This document shows positions 52,189-62,153 of a stretch of 64,000 nucleotides of DNA, piece by piece. Source of the stretch: Nitrospirota bacterium. GTDB taxonomy: Bacteria > Nitrospirota > Thermodesulfovibrionia > Thermodesulfovibrionales > Dissulfurispiraceae. Under the pieces are notes generated by a model, which had not been told where the DNA came from, ran no database searches, and saw nothing but the letters and a program-made list of their open reading frames with translations. Where the stretch lies: contig CAVPZX010000004.1 in assembly GCA_963710375.1 (NCBI GenBank), positions 192,001 to 256,000 of the forward strand. The letters are read 5' to 3'. Within the stretch, counting starts at the first letter, position 1. Every line of letters starts with the position of its first letter. Position numbers and translations under genes: made by a program.

Positions 52189-53265
52189 ATGAAAGACGTG
52201 CAATATGTTGTGCTGAGAAAAGAGCAGTTTGACGGTTTTATTTCAAGGCTGTCAAAATTGCAGAAGGTAGTTGCGCCTGTATCCAGGGGGTACAATAATT
52301 TTTCCTTTGAAGAGGTAACCGCAGGGGACAGCGTAGCTCTTAAATATATTCCGACCATATTACCTCCTAAAAAATTTTTCATGCCTAGGCGTGAGACTCT
52401 GCTAGAGTTTGATACAAGCGAGGGACTGAATGCCCAGGCGGTTGTAGAATATGAAAAAATGACAATCTTCGGGGTCCATACCTGTGACCTTGCCGGAATC
52501 CAGTGCCTGAACATGGTATTTTCGGAGCGTCCCAGAGATTACAATTACCTAATGCACAAACGGAAAATAAATATCATTGGTTTGGAATGCAATGAATATT
52601 GCGATGAATATGCGAGCTGCGCTCTTGTGAACGCAAACATGCCCAGCGGCGGCTATGATCTGTTTTTTACCGATCTTGGTGACTGTTTCATTGTGCATAT
52701 TAATACCCAAATGGGGGAGGATATCATTGAGACAGCCAAGGTTTTTGAGAGCGCCGATACGACCCATCTGGAAGAATTGGCCGGATTGAGGAAAAGGAAA
52801 AGGGCCCTTTTCAGGAATGAAGTCCCTGTTGAGTCGAGATATATACCGGAGCTTTTTGACCGGTCTTATAATAGCGGTGTGTGGGATGAGTTGAATGAAA
52901 GATGTCTGGCATGCGGGAACTGCACGAATGTTTGCCCGACATGCTATTGTTTTGATATAAAAGATGAAATGAACCTGGACCTCAAGACAGGAACGCGATA
53001 CAGGGTATGGGATTCTTGTCAGCTTGAGACATTTGCCAAGATAGCGGGAGGAGAAAATTTCAGAAAGGAACGCTCCTTAAGACAGAAGCACCGTTATTAC
53101 CGAAAATTCAGATATCCGGTTGACAGGTTTTCAAGATTTTTTTGTACGGGGTGCGGCAGGTGCAGCCGTACCTGCATGGCAGGCATTAGGCTTAAGGACA
53201 CCCTGAATACTTTAATAGAAGAGTTTGAGGGGACGGTCAGCACTATAATGAAGGGGAACTATTAG
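52189..53265 (+). CDS. Group 3b [NiFe]-hydrogenase beta subunit (AsrA-like Fe-S)
   Basis: CLACGNCTNVCPTCYC, WDSC, CTGCGRCSRTC. Confidence 0.92.
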   Translation: MKDVQYVVLRKEQFDGFISRLSKLQKVVAPVSRGYNNFSFEEVTAGDSVALKYIPTILPPKKFFMPRRETLLEFDTSEGLNAQAVVEYEKMTIFGVHTCDLAGIQCLNMVFSERPRDYNYLMHKRKINIIGLECNEYCDEYASCALVNANMPSGGYDLFFTDLGDCFIVHINTQMGEDIIETAKVFESADTTHLEELAGLRKRKRALFRNEVPVESRYIPELFDRSYNSGVWDELNERCLACGNCTNVCPTCYCFDIKDEMNLDLKTGTRYRVWDSCQLETFAKIAGGENFRKERSLRQKHRYYRKFRYPVDRFSRFFCTGCGRCSRTCMAGIRLKDTLNTLIEEFEGTVSTIMKGNY

Positions 53266-53268
53266 GCT

Positions 53269-54108
53269 ATGAAAAAACTAGCTTTGGCAGAGTCTCGCTA
53301 TAACGTGAGAAAGGGTAAAATTGTTCGTACGAAACAGATGACAGCATATGAAAAGTTGTTCGAAATAGTACTGGAAGGAGCTGGAAGGCTCGACCACGAA
53401 CCAGGGCAGTTCATAATGCTGTCCCTGTTCGGTGTGGGCGAGATCCCCATATCCATATCTTCTTCTCCGACAAACGTCAGCGACTCTTTTGAGATATGCG
53501 TTAGGGCTGTCGGAAAGGTCACGAACGCCCTGCACAAACTGGAGGCTGGAGATGAGGTCGGTATCAGGGGGCCGTTAGGCAAAGGCTTTCCTATCAGAAT
53601 ATTTGAAGGGAATGACCTGTTAATTGTGGCTGGAGGGTTGGGTATAGCACCCTTGCGTTCTTTGATTAAGTATGTATTTGACAACCGGAGGGATTTTGGG
53701 AAAGTTCATATATTGCTGGGCTGCAAAAGCCCCAGTGATATACTTTTCTTTGACGAGATCGAACAATGGAATAAGCGAATGGATGTTCATTATGAATGTA
53801 CTGTAGACCGTGCCGTTCCGGAATGGCAGGGGCACGTAGGACTTATTACAACGCTTATACCTGGCGTTGACATTGAACCGGAAAGGACCTTTGCCGTAGT
53901 GGTCGGTCCGCCGGTCATGTATAAGTTTGTGATAAGGGAACTTCTGGCAAAGAACATACCCGGGCGTCAGATACTGTTATCCTTTGAGCGGCACATGAAA
54001 TGCGGCCTCGGTAAATGCGGTCACTGCCAGATTCAGCATGTATATGCCTGCCAGGATGGTCCGGTATTTAGTTACGAAGAAATCAAATATTTACAAGAGA
54101 CCTATTGA
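53269..54108 (+). CDS. Group 3b hydrogenase gamma subunit (FAD/NAD(P)-binding, 2Fe-2S)
   Basis: PGQF, GEIPISISS, AGGLGIAPLR, MKCGLGKCGHC, CQDGPVF. Confidence 0.92.
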   Translation: MKKLALAESRYNVRKGKIVRTKQMTAYEKLFEIVLEGAGRLDHEPGQFIMLSLFGVGEIPISISSSPTNVSDSFEICVRAVGKVTNALHKLEAGDEVGIRGPLGKGFPIRIFEGNDLLIVAGGLGIAPLRSLIKYVFDNRRDFGKVHILLGCKSPSDILFFDEIEQWNKRMDVHYECTVDRAVPEWQGHVGLITTLIPGVDIEPERTFAVVVGPPVMYKFVIRELLAKNIPGRQILLSFERHMKCGLGKCGHCQIQHVYACQDGPVFSYEEIKYLQETY

Positions 54109-54109
54109 T

Positions 54110-54865
54110 ATGAAAAGACCGAGGGCGGCTTTTTTTGATTTTGCATGCTGTGAGGGGTGTCAGCTCCAGGTTGCCAACATGGGCGAGACGTTGCTGGATG
54201 TTCTGGACCTGGTCGATGTGGCGGAGTTCCGTGAGGTGATGTCCGAGCGTTGGGACGGCCCGCTTGATGTTGCAATAATTGAAGGTAGCATTACCAACCA
54301 GCATGCTGTTGAACGGATAAAACAGATACGGGACAGGGCGGTGGTACTGGTTGCATACGGCTCGTGCGCTACGATCGGAGGTGTGAACGGTATAAAAAAC
54401 GGCTTTGACCTTGAGGATATTCGGCGTTACGTTTACGGGGCTGACTACCGGTCCTTCCCCAGTGCAAAGACCCGGGCTGTGCACCAGGTGGTGCGGGTTG
54501 ATTATTTCGTAAACGGATGTCCGGTCTATATACCTGAATTTGTTGGGGTGCTGAAAGCGATCTTGAAGGGCATAGCCTATAATGTTCCCGATTACGCTGT
54601 TTGCGTGGAATGCAAAATGAATGAAAATGTCTGCATGTACGACAGGGGAGTGACCTGCCTTGGGCCGGTAACAAAGGCCGGTTGCAATTCGTGGTGCATT
54701 AATAATGGAAATATATGCTACGGCTGCAGGGGAATGCTGAGTAAGCCGAACGAGAAGGGAGCACAGGATGTGCTACGCAAGTACGGCATTCCTCTGGATA
54801 TGGTCATCAAGAAGATGGACATGTACAACGTTTGCAGGGAGTTGGATAAGAATGAACAAGCGTAG
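54110..54865 (+). CDS. Group 3b hydrogenase delta (small) subunit
   Basis: CCEGCQ, EGS, GSCA..GG, GCP, VCVEC, CLGPVT.AGC, CYGCRG. Confidence 0.92.
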   Translation: MKRPRAAFFDFACCEGCQLQVANMGETLLDVLDLVDVAEFREVMSERWDGPLDVAIIEGSITNQHAVERIKQIRDRAVVLVAYGSCATIGGVNGIKNGFDLEDIRRYVYGADYRSFPSAKTRAVHQVVRVDYFVNGCPVYIPEFVGVLKAILKGIAYNVPDYAVCVECKMNENVCMYDRGVTCLGPVTKAGCNSWCINNGNICYGCRGMLSKPNEKGAQDVLRKYGIPLDMVIKKMDMYNVCRELDKNEQA

Positions 54866-56189
54866 CGTGAATATCAATGTGGAATATTTAACAAGAGTCG
54901 AGGGACACGGCAATATCGTGGTCAACGTGAAAGAGGGAAGGATGGAGGCCTGCCGACTCGATATTGTCGAGGCTCCGCGTTTTTTTGAAGGTATCCTCAG
55001 GGGGCGGTCAGTTTTCGAAGCCCAGCACATTACATCACGGATATGCGGCATCTGCTCCTGCGGACACACGCTGGCGTCGATCCAGGCTGCCGAGGACGCG
55101 CTGGGGATTACTCCCTCTGACCAGACGGTGAGGCTGAGAAAACTCCTTCTGCATTTAGAGATGCTCGACAGCCACATTCTGCATATTTACCTACTTGCGG
55201 CACCCGATTTGCTGGGTGTTAAAAGTTTTGTACCGATGATTGACAGTCATTCAAAGGTTGTCCGCAGGGCTTTAAGGATGAAGAAGACCTGCAATGAAGT
55301 TTGTACCATACTGGTGGGCCGCCATGTTCATCCCATATCCGCCATAGTGGGCGGTTTTACAAAACTACCCGGCGAGCCTGACCTCGATGACATGCTTGAC
55401 CTACTGCGGGGAATGAGACCTGACATTAATGCTACAGTCGAGCTGGCGGCCTCGCTGAAATTTCCGGAATTTGAACGCGATACAGAATATGTTGCATTGG
55501 TCAGTGATGATGGCGAATACCCGTTCCTTATGGGCGATATCGGCTCGACGGACGGCGTCAGAATGAACAAGCGGGATTATAGGAAGGCGACCAATGAATT
55601 TATCGTGGCCCACTCTTCTGCAAAACATACAAAACTTAGCCGGGATTCATACGCAGTGGGCTCCCTTGCGCGATTTAACCTGAATTATGAAAAACTTCAT
55701 CCCAAAGCCAGGAATGTTGCCGCTGCCATAAACCTCAAGCCGAAGTGCATCAATCCTTACCTGAATACAGCAGCACAGCTTATTGAATCGGTACACTGTC
55801 TCGAAGAAGCTATCGGGATATTGGAATATTTTAAGAGTCATGGCATTAATTACGATGAAGTAATGCTAGTCGGGTTGAATGAACAATCGAAGATTCCGGT
55901 AAAGGCCGGCAGCGGGGTGGGCGCCGTGGAAGTGCCGCGCGGCGTGCTGTTCCATCAATACGATATAGATGAAAAGGGCGTTATAATAAATGCCAACTGC
56001 ATTATCCCCACAAACCAGAACCTCAACAATATTGAGCGTGATATGGTGAAACTTGTTCCGGAAATTATTACCGGAACTGATGACGAAATAACGCTTGGCC
56101 TCGAGATGCTGGTAAGGGCATACGACCCGTGCATCTCCTGCTCAACGCATATGCTGAATGTGGAATTCAAAAACCGTGCGGCACTATAA
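54852..56189 (+). CDS. Group 3b [NiFe]-hydrogenase alpha (large) subunit
   Basis: RVEGHG, L1 SRICGIC, EVPRG, L2 YDPCISCSTH plus C-terminal extension. Confidence 0.95.
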   Translation: MNKRSVNINVEYLTRVEGHGNIVVNVKEGRMEACRLDIVEAPRFFEGILRGRSVFEAQHITSRICGICSCGHTLASIQAAEDALGITPSDQTVRLRKLLLHLEMLDSHILHIYLLAAPDLLGVKSFVPMIDSHSKVVRRALRMKKTCNEVCTILVGRHVHPISAIVGGFTKLPGEPDLDDMLDLLRGMRPDINATVELAASLKFPEFERDTEYVALVSDDGEYPFLMGDIGSTDGVRMNKRDYRKATNEFIVAHSSAKHTKLSRDSYAVGSLARFNLNYEKLHPKARNVAAAINLKPKCINPYLNTAAQLIESVHCLEEAIGILEYFKSHGINYDEVMLVGLNEQSKIPVKAGSGVGAVEVPRGVLFHQYDIDEKGVIINANCIIPTNQNLNNIERDMVKLVPEIITGTDDEITLGLEMLVRAYDPCISCSTHMLNVEFKNRAAL

Positions 56190-56650
56190 GTAGTTTCAAC
56201 TCGTCGAAGAATAAATGCTCCACTTCTCCTGCTTTCCCTATTATGTTAGGTGCAACTTTTTTTGCTCCTGCCACTAAGGGCGACATGCTGTCTATGTTGT
56301 TCAACTCATTGATTATTTGTATTTTCATTATTGAATAGGTGATTACTGTAAATATTTGTTGACAGCAACGGACTAAATGTATTATCGACAGTCAACATCT
56401 CGAAAGGCTTTTGAGGTCTCAAAAAATGTCATTTAGAAAGAGGCGAAGTAATTTCGTACTTGCTAACAAGTTGATTTCTAAAGATTGCCTGGTCGCTCCA
56501 CTCACCGCAATGGCATTGTAACATACTGTTTGTTGTAGGCACATCCTTTTTATAGGTTAATCAGGCATTTTTTTTGCAACCTTTAATGTCTGAATGGGAC
56601 CTCTAAAAAAACAGTGATAACTATAATGGTTAGGGGAGCGGGACTCAGAG

Positions 56651-57601
56651 ATGTCACTTAATGATCTTACTGCTGTAGTGGTCGATGATACTGAAGAATG
56701 CCGCACCTTAATCGAAGAAGTAACAAGGATGGCCGGTTTTAAGGTATCAAGTTTCTCGTGTCCGTTAGAGGCTTTGAACTACGTGGCTGAGCATCAGATA
56801 GACATGGTTTTCACGGACTTCAGGATGCCGAAAATGGATGGCCTGACCTTTATGCGGGAAGCGCGCAAGTTACACCGTGATATACCTATTTTTATTATAA
56901 CGGGGGAGCCTAACGCTAAAGAACTGAAGGACCTTTCGCTGGAGGACCCAGCCTCGGAATTATTTGTCAAACCATTTTCTCCTCTGGATTTCTTGGAGCG
57001 GGTAAAACCTCTGGCCCTGCGCCGTCAGTTCATTAAATTTATTGGCGCGTACCGCCTGAAAGAGAACGTATTCGAGAACCACTGCGTACGGGTAGGACTA
57101 TACTCGAAAATTATAGCAGCCGGGTTGAACTGGGACAAAAATGAGCAGGATTTGATCTATCACGCTGCCCAGTCGCATGACATAGGCATGATCAGCATCC
57201 CGGACCATATTTTCTTTAAGTCGGAACGACTGACGCGCGACGAAATGGAGATGGTCAGGAAGCACAGCAGCATTGGCTCCAGTATACTGCCAAAGAACTC
57301 GAACCCCTATTTTGCGACAGCTTCCATCGTTTCGCTGACGCACCACGAGAGGGTCAACGGCAGCGGCTACCCGTCCGGACTTGCAGGAGATGCTATTTCG
57401 GTCTACGGAAGGATTACTGCCCTGTCCGATGTTTTCGACGTTCTGACGTCCACAAGGCCTTATAAGGCAGCATGGGACTTCAAAAAATCGCTCTCTTTTG
57501 TCAGCGACAACAGGGACATGAATTTTGATCCCGTGCTAGTCAACGTTTTTGTCAGGAATGTCAACAGAATAGAGGAGATTTACACCAGACTCGCGGACTG
57601 A
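56651..57601 (+). CDS. Response regulator with HD-GYP phosphodiesterase domain
   Basis: VVDD, DFRMPKMDG, KPF; HDIG, HHERVNGSGYP, DVFD, RPYK. Confidence 0.92.
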   Translation: MSLNDLTAVVVDDTEECRTLIEEVTRMAGFKVSSFSCPLEALNYVAEHQIDMVFTDFRMPKMDGLTFMREARKLHRDIPIFIITGEPNAKELKDLSLEDPASELFVKPFSPLDFLERVKPLALRRQFIKFIGAYRLKENVFENHCVRVGLYSKIIAAGLNWDKNEQDLIYHAAQSHDIGMISIPDHIFFKSERLTRDEMEMVRKHSSIGSSILPKNSNPYFATASIVSLTHHERVNGSGYPSGLAGDAISVYGRITALSDVFDVLTSTRPYKAAWDFKKSLSFVSDNRDMNFDPVLVNVFVRNVNRIEEIYTRLAD

Positions 57602-57657
57602 AGCACCGGAATATATATATGATAATTTTACAATCTCTTTGATAAGGAGGAACATGT

Positions 57658-58026
57658 ATGAAGGTAGGTATATTTTTTTCTCTTGGTGGAGAAATTATCT
57701 CGGATTCAGTACATGTCGAAGACGGCGAGGCTGTTGGTGACGCAATTCAGTACGGGAACCACTATGAGTTCTGGAAGGCACTTAAACCGAGGACATCCAC
57801 GGAGCATTCATTCAAAGTATGGCCCTATTATGCATTTCCGCGCGGTAAAGTTGTTTGCATACCAGGAGAGCGTGTGTGTCGCATTTATGCAGACCCCTGT
57901 CTGAAACGCAGGGATATCGCATCAGTCATAAAGCACTTTGGCAACAGAGACTTTGCAATAGAGGTCAAAAATGACAAGCAATATCAATGCGCCAAATGCA
58001 ACAAATATTTTGCTCTTGTCGCCTAA
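57658..58026 (+). CDS. Hypothetical protein (PRG.V motif, C-terminal CxxC)
   Basis: AAGGAGG SD; 122-aa ORF. Confidence 0.7.
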   Translation: MKVGIFFSLGGEIISDSVHVEDGEAVGDAIQYGNHYEFWKALKPRTSTEHSFKVWPYYAFPRGKVVCIPGERVCRIYADPCLKRRDIASVIKHFGNRDFAIEVKNDKQYQCAKCNKYFALVA

Positions 58027-58089
58027 CCAGCACTCCGGTAGATAACCTGCCCCTGCCGCTACCATCCTTATGCCACAACCCAGCTTAAA

Positions 58090-58118
58090 TTGACAAAGCT
58101 CAGGGGTTAAGTTAAACT
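58090..58118 (+). promoter_or_regulatory. tig-clpPX promoter
   Basis: TTGACA-17 nt-TAAACT. Confidence 0.7.
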
Positions 58119-58163
58119 AAAATGTTACATATCAAGCACTAATTGCAGAAGGAGAATTGTAAA

Positions 58164-59405
58164 TTGTTAAAGGCACTTGAAGACATATCATCAACCAAAA
58201 AACGGCTCAAAATAGAAATTCCGGCTGATTCCATAGAAGGTGAAATCAGGAAAGGTCTCATGGATGCTCAGAAGAAGGCAAAATTTCCGGGTTTTAGGCA
58301 AGGCAAGGCGCCGATGACGCTGGTCGAGAAGAAATTCAGCAAGGATATCGAGACGGAAGTTTTGAAAAACATGGTTTCTGAATATTATCTGCAGGCGGTC
58401 AAGGAGGCTGACATAAAACCGGTTTCGCGGCCTGCCTTGGAAGAATCTTTTGATTTTAAGAGGAATTCGGATCTTTCTATGACCATGACGGTAGAGGTCA
58501 TGCCTCAAATAGACAACCTGTCGTATGAGAATATACCTGTCAAGAATGTTCCGGTCGAAATAACGGACGAGGAAGTAGACACCGTTATGAGCAATCTTGC
58601 TGACGAGCGGGCAACCTATGAAGCATCGGACAGTCCGATACAGGCAGGTGACCTGGTGACTATTGATTATACTGTCAGGGAGGACAACGCTTTAGTCAAA
58701 GACGTGGTCCTCAAAGTCGGCAGTGGCCCCTACCCAAAGGAGTTTTTTGACGGTCTCGAGGGCAGAAAGAAGGATGACGAGATCGAAATTGAAGCCGCTT
58801 TTCCAGAGGACATGCAATCACCCTATGCCGGTAAAAAACACTCTTTTATCATCAAGATCAGAGAGGTGAAAAAAAAGACAATCCCTGCTCTTGATGACGA
58901 ATTTGCAAAGGATATAGGGCTTGAGAACCTGGAGCAGGTGAAAGAAAGGGTCAGGGGAAATCTCTTAAATGCCAAAAACGGACAGGCTGAAAAGGCCATG
59001 CAGCGTGAAATCCTCGACAAGCTGCTTGACGCCCATCAGTTTGAAATTCCGGAAAGCATGCTTAATCACGAGCTTGCCGGCATTATAAGCGAAATACGGG
59101 CATCTGGAAAAGATGACAGGTCCGATGAGGCGTTGATTCAAGAATTAAGGCCTGGCGCCGAAAAGAGTGTTAAGGCGTCCGTTCTATTGGAAATGATCGG
59201 AGAAAAGGAAGGGACAGCTGTTTCAGAAGATGAAGTCAGGGAGGAAATTGCGGCTATGGCGCAAAGATTTCGTATTACTCCTGAAAACATTATAAAATAT
59301 TATGTAACCAGAGACGGCTCGCTGGAGGGATTGCGGCATTCCCTTTTTGAGAGAAAGGTCCTTGCACTTCTGCTTGCCAAAGCTAAAATTGAAAAAGGAG
59401 ACTAA
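58164..59405 (+). CDS. tig: Trigger factor
   Basis: PGFRQGKAP, GDLVTIDY, LDDEFAK; TTG start after AAGGAG. Confidence 0.96.
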   Translation: MLKALEDISSTKKRLKIEIPADSIEGEIRKGLMDAQKKAKFPGFRQGKAPMTLVEKKFSKDIETEVLKNMVSEYYLQAVKEADIKPVSRPALEESFDFKRNSDLSMTMTVEVMPQIDNLSYENIPVKNVPVEITDEEVDTVMSNLADERATYEASDSPIQAGDLVTIDYTVREDNALVKDVVLKVGSGPYPKEFFDGLEGRKKDDEIEIEAAFPEDMQSPYAGKKHSFIIKIREVKKKTIPALDDEFAKDIGLENLEQVKERVRGNLLNAKNGQAEKAMQREILDKLLDAHQFEIPESMLNHELAGIISEIRASGKDDRSDEALIQELRPGAEKSVKASVLLEMIGEKEGTAVSEDEVREEIAAMAQRFRITPENIIKYYVTRDGSLEGLRHSLFERKVLALLLAKAKIEKGD

Positions 59406-59408
59406 GGG

Positions 59409-60011
59409 ATGAGCATAGTTCCAATTGTAATTGAACAGACCGGGCGGACCGAGAGGGTATATGACATATATTCAAGACTGCTTAAGGACAGGATAATTTT
59501 TATTGGGATGCCTATAGATGACAACGTAGCAAATGTGGTTATTGCTCAGCTGCTCTTTCTGCAGACTGAAGACCCTGAGAAAGATATCCATATATATATC
59601 AATTCACCAGGCGGTGTTGTTTCTGCGGGCCTGGCAATGTACGATACCATGCAGTTTGTAAAGCCGGACATTGCAACTTACTGCATTGGCCAGGCCGCGA
59701 GCATGGGCGCGCTGCTTTTATGCGCCGGCACAAAGGGCAAGCGTTTTGCACTGCCCCATTCGAGGATTATGATTCATCAGCCTACTGCGGGATTTTATGG
59801 ACAGGCAACGGACATAGAAATCCAGGCCAAAGAGATTTTGAAAATGAAAGAGACACTGAACAATATTATGGCTAACCATACCGGACAGTCGTATGAGAAG
59901 GTCCATGACGATACCGAGAGAGATTATTTTATGTCTGGGGATGATGCCAAGGCATACGGCATTGTGGATGAGGTAATAGATTCGGCTAAACTTAAAAAGA
60001 AGGACCAATAG
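59409..60011 (+). CDS. clpP: ATP-dependent Clp protease proteolytic subunit
   Basis: [27 protein letters not shown]. Confidence 0.99.
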   Translation: MSIVPIVIEQTGRTERVYDIYSRLLKDRIIFIGMPIDDNVANVVIAQLLFLQTEDPEKDIHIYINSPGGVVSAGLAMYDTMQFVKPDIATYCIGQAASMGALLLCAGTKGKRFALPHSRIMIHQPTAGFYGQATDIEIQAKEILKMKETLNNIMANHTGQSYEKVHDDTERDYFMSGDDAKAYGIVDEVIDSAKLKKKDQ

Positions 60012-60059
60012 TCGGTCGATAACTGTTCGTTGTGAACGGTTGACGGAGTCGGAGGTTTT

Positions 60060-61298
60060 ATGGCACGGAAGATTAATGACGCGCTGCTTAAATGCTCTTT
60101 TTGCGGCAAGGGACAGGATGAGGTCAAGAAGCTTATTGCCGGTCCTACGGTTTATATTTGTGACGAGTGTGTCGGGCTATGCAATGAGATAATAGATGAG
60201 GAGTTGCATGTTCTCGATAAAGATTTTTCGAGGAAGCTTCCTGCCCCAAGCGAGATACATAAATTTTTGAACGATTATGTGATAGGACAGGAAAAGGCAA
60301 AAAGGGTGCTGTCCGTTGCTGTTCACAACCATTATAAAAGGATATTCCGGGGCTCTAAATCCGATGTTGAGCTTCAGAAAAGCAACATTCTGCTGATAGG
60401 CCCGACAGGAACGGGAAAGACGCTCCTTGCGCAGATACTTGCCAGGTTCCTCGATGTGCCCTTCACCATAGCTGATGCGACAACGCTGACCGAGGCAGGC
60501 TATGTAGGCGAGGATGTTGAAAATGTGCTCCTGAAATTACTGCAGGCAGCCGACTATGATGTGGAACGGGCCCAGAGGGGAATCATCTATATCGACGAGA
60601 TAGATAAGATAAGCAGGAAATCGGACAGCCCTTCAATAACGAGAGATGTATCAGGAGAGGGTGTCCAGCAGGCGCTTCTCAAGATAATCGAAGGCACTGT
60701 AGCCAATATCCCCCCGCAAGGCGGCAGAAAGCATCCTCAGCAGGAATACATACAGCTCGACACCTCTAACATCCTCTTTATGTGCGGCGGTGCATTTGTG
60801 GGGCTTAATGACATTATAGAGCGCAGGACGGGCAAAGGGAGAATAGGCTTCGGGTCCGGGGTGGTTGTCAAAAAAGACAAGGGAGCGGATGTGCTCGGCC
60901 TTGTTGAACCTGAGGACCTGATGCGCTACGGACTTATCCCAGAATTCGTAGGCCGTCTGCCTGTTATCGCAACTCTGGTGGAGCTGGATGAGGCCGCGCT
61001 GATAACGATATTGACTCAGCCCAAAAATGCGTTGGTAAAGCAGTACCAGAAACTATTTATGATGGACAATGTGAGGCTGAAATTTACCGATGGGGCGCTT
61101 GCCGCCATAGCGAAGAAAGCCGTTGAGAGAAAAACCGGCGCTCGCGGTCTAAGGGCTATCCTTGAAGACGTAATGCTTGATGTGATGTACGAGATACCCT
61201 CAAAGAGGGGTGTTGCAGAGTGTATTATAAACGAGGAGGCCATCTCACAGAAGGACCGGGCTATTCTCGTGTACGAAGATCAGGCTGAATCGGCATAA
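60060..61298 (+). CDS. clpX: Clp protease ATP-binding subunit
   Basis: [28 protein letters not shown]. Confidence 0.99.
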   Translation: MARKINDALLKCSFCGKGQDEVKKLIAGPTVYICDECVGLCNEIIDEELHVLDKDFSRKLPAPSEIHKFLNDYVIGQEKAKRVLSVAVHNHYKRIFRGSKSDVELQKSNILLIGPTGTGKTLLAQILARFLDVPFTIADATTLTEAGYVGEDVENVLLKLLQAADYDVERAQRGIIYIDEIDKISRKSDSPSITRDVSGEGVQQALLKIIEGTVANIPPQGGRKHPQQEYIQLDTSNILFMCGGAFVGLNDIIERRTGKGRIGFGSGVVVKKDKGADVLGLVEPEDLMRYGLIPEFVGRLPVIATLVELDEAALITILTQPKNALVKQYQKLFMMDNVRLKFTDGALAAIAKKAVERKTGARGLRAILEDVMLDVMYEIPSKRGVAECIINEEAISQKDRAILVYEDQAESA

Positions 61299-61303
61299 AT
61301 TAG

Positions 61304-61392
61304 AGTGAGCAGTTGGCAGAAAGCAGTAAATGACATACCTTATACAGACGATTTAACTTGTAGCTTGCTTTTCTTACTGCCTATTGCTTACT
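61304..61392. repeat. Degenerate heptamer (AGTAAGC/GCTTACT) inverted tandem-repeat element
   Basis: agtgagc agttggc agaaagc agtaa ... ttact gcctatt gcttact; overlaps the DUF721 stop. Confidence 0.6.
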
Positions 61393-61852
61393 TGTCCTTC
61401 AGCAGTGCTTTTTCGAGCACGTTTCTTATGCTGTCCTGTACTCCGGGGTCATTTACCGCCGCGAGGGTTTGATCTATCCATTCGACATCTGCATCGGCAA
61501 GTGTTTTTTGGGGTTGAGAAGTTTGCTCACAGTTGTTCATGCCTGGCTGAATACCGGAGTGCTTGAAGCGTGACGGATTTGTCCTGCCATGCCTGAAGTC
61601 GATGGCATTTATCCCGTATGCCTCAAGTTTCTTCAGAATAGCCTGTTTAAAAAACTTCAGTTGCTGCAGCCACAGGGGAGAATCGACATTGACCACAAGC
61701 ACGCCATTATTGAGGCTTACCGGATAGATATGCACTGAGAGCGGTTCATCAAACAGCGTGGCCCATTCCCTTTGCAAACGAGCGAGAGTCAGACCGTCTT
61801 CCATGCCGATATTTTTGAAAATAGAGGCTAAGATCGATCCGGCGTTTTCCAC
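61388..61852 (-). CDS. DUF721 / DciA family protein
   Basis: W..LF...LS.H..P.....GVLVVNVDSPLWLQQL. Confidence 0.85.
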   Translation of the reverse strand: MENAGSILASIFKNIGMEDGLTLARLQREWATLFDEPLSVHIYPVSLNNGVLVVNVDSPLWLQQLKFFKQAILKKLEAYGINAIDFRHGRTNPSRFKHSGIQPGMNNCEQTSQPQKTLADADVEWIDQTLAAVNDPGVQDSIRNVLEKALLKDK

Positions 61853-61856
61853 GCAG

Positions 61857-62045
61857 CTATGTTGCTTTGACTACTTTCCTGGAGCGAATGCATCTGGTAC
61901 AAACATATGACCTTTTACTGCCGCTGTCTGTAACAATCTTGATTTTCTGGATGTTCGGCATAATTGTACGCTTTGTTCTATTATTAGCGTGGCTTACATT
62001 ATTTCCGACGGCTCTTTGCTTGCCACAAATTGAACAGGCTGCCAT
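61857..62045 (-). CDS. rpmB: 50S ribosomal protein L28
   Basis: CSICGK, GNNVSHANNRTKR, CTRC. Confidence 0.98.
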   Translation of the reverse strand: MAACSICGKQRAVGNNVSHANNRTKRTIMPNIQKIKIVTDSGSKRSYVCTRCIRSRKVVKAT

Positions 62046-62153
62046 GATCTTCCTCCTTTGTTCGTTGCATTAAAAAAGTCTTTTATGATAACATTTCAAG
62101 ACCAATGTTACAAGGTAAAATTAAAGTAAGAAGAATGGAAGGAGCATACGCGG

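Noticed and set aside
54852..56189. [NiFeSe] hydrogenase
   Set aside because: The L2 motif is DPCISC with ordinary Cys codons and no in-frame TGA.
58027..58142. tRNA upstream of tig
   Set aside because: No cloverleaf, T-loop GTTC motif or CCA end is visible.
64..61566. Numerous 60-250 aa ORFs antisense to or nested in recognised genes
   Set aside because: No motifs or ribosome binding sites; expected by chance opposite real coding sequences.
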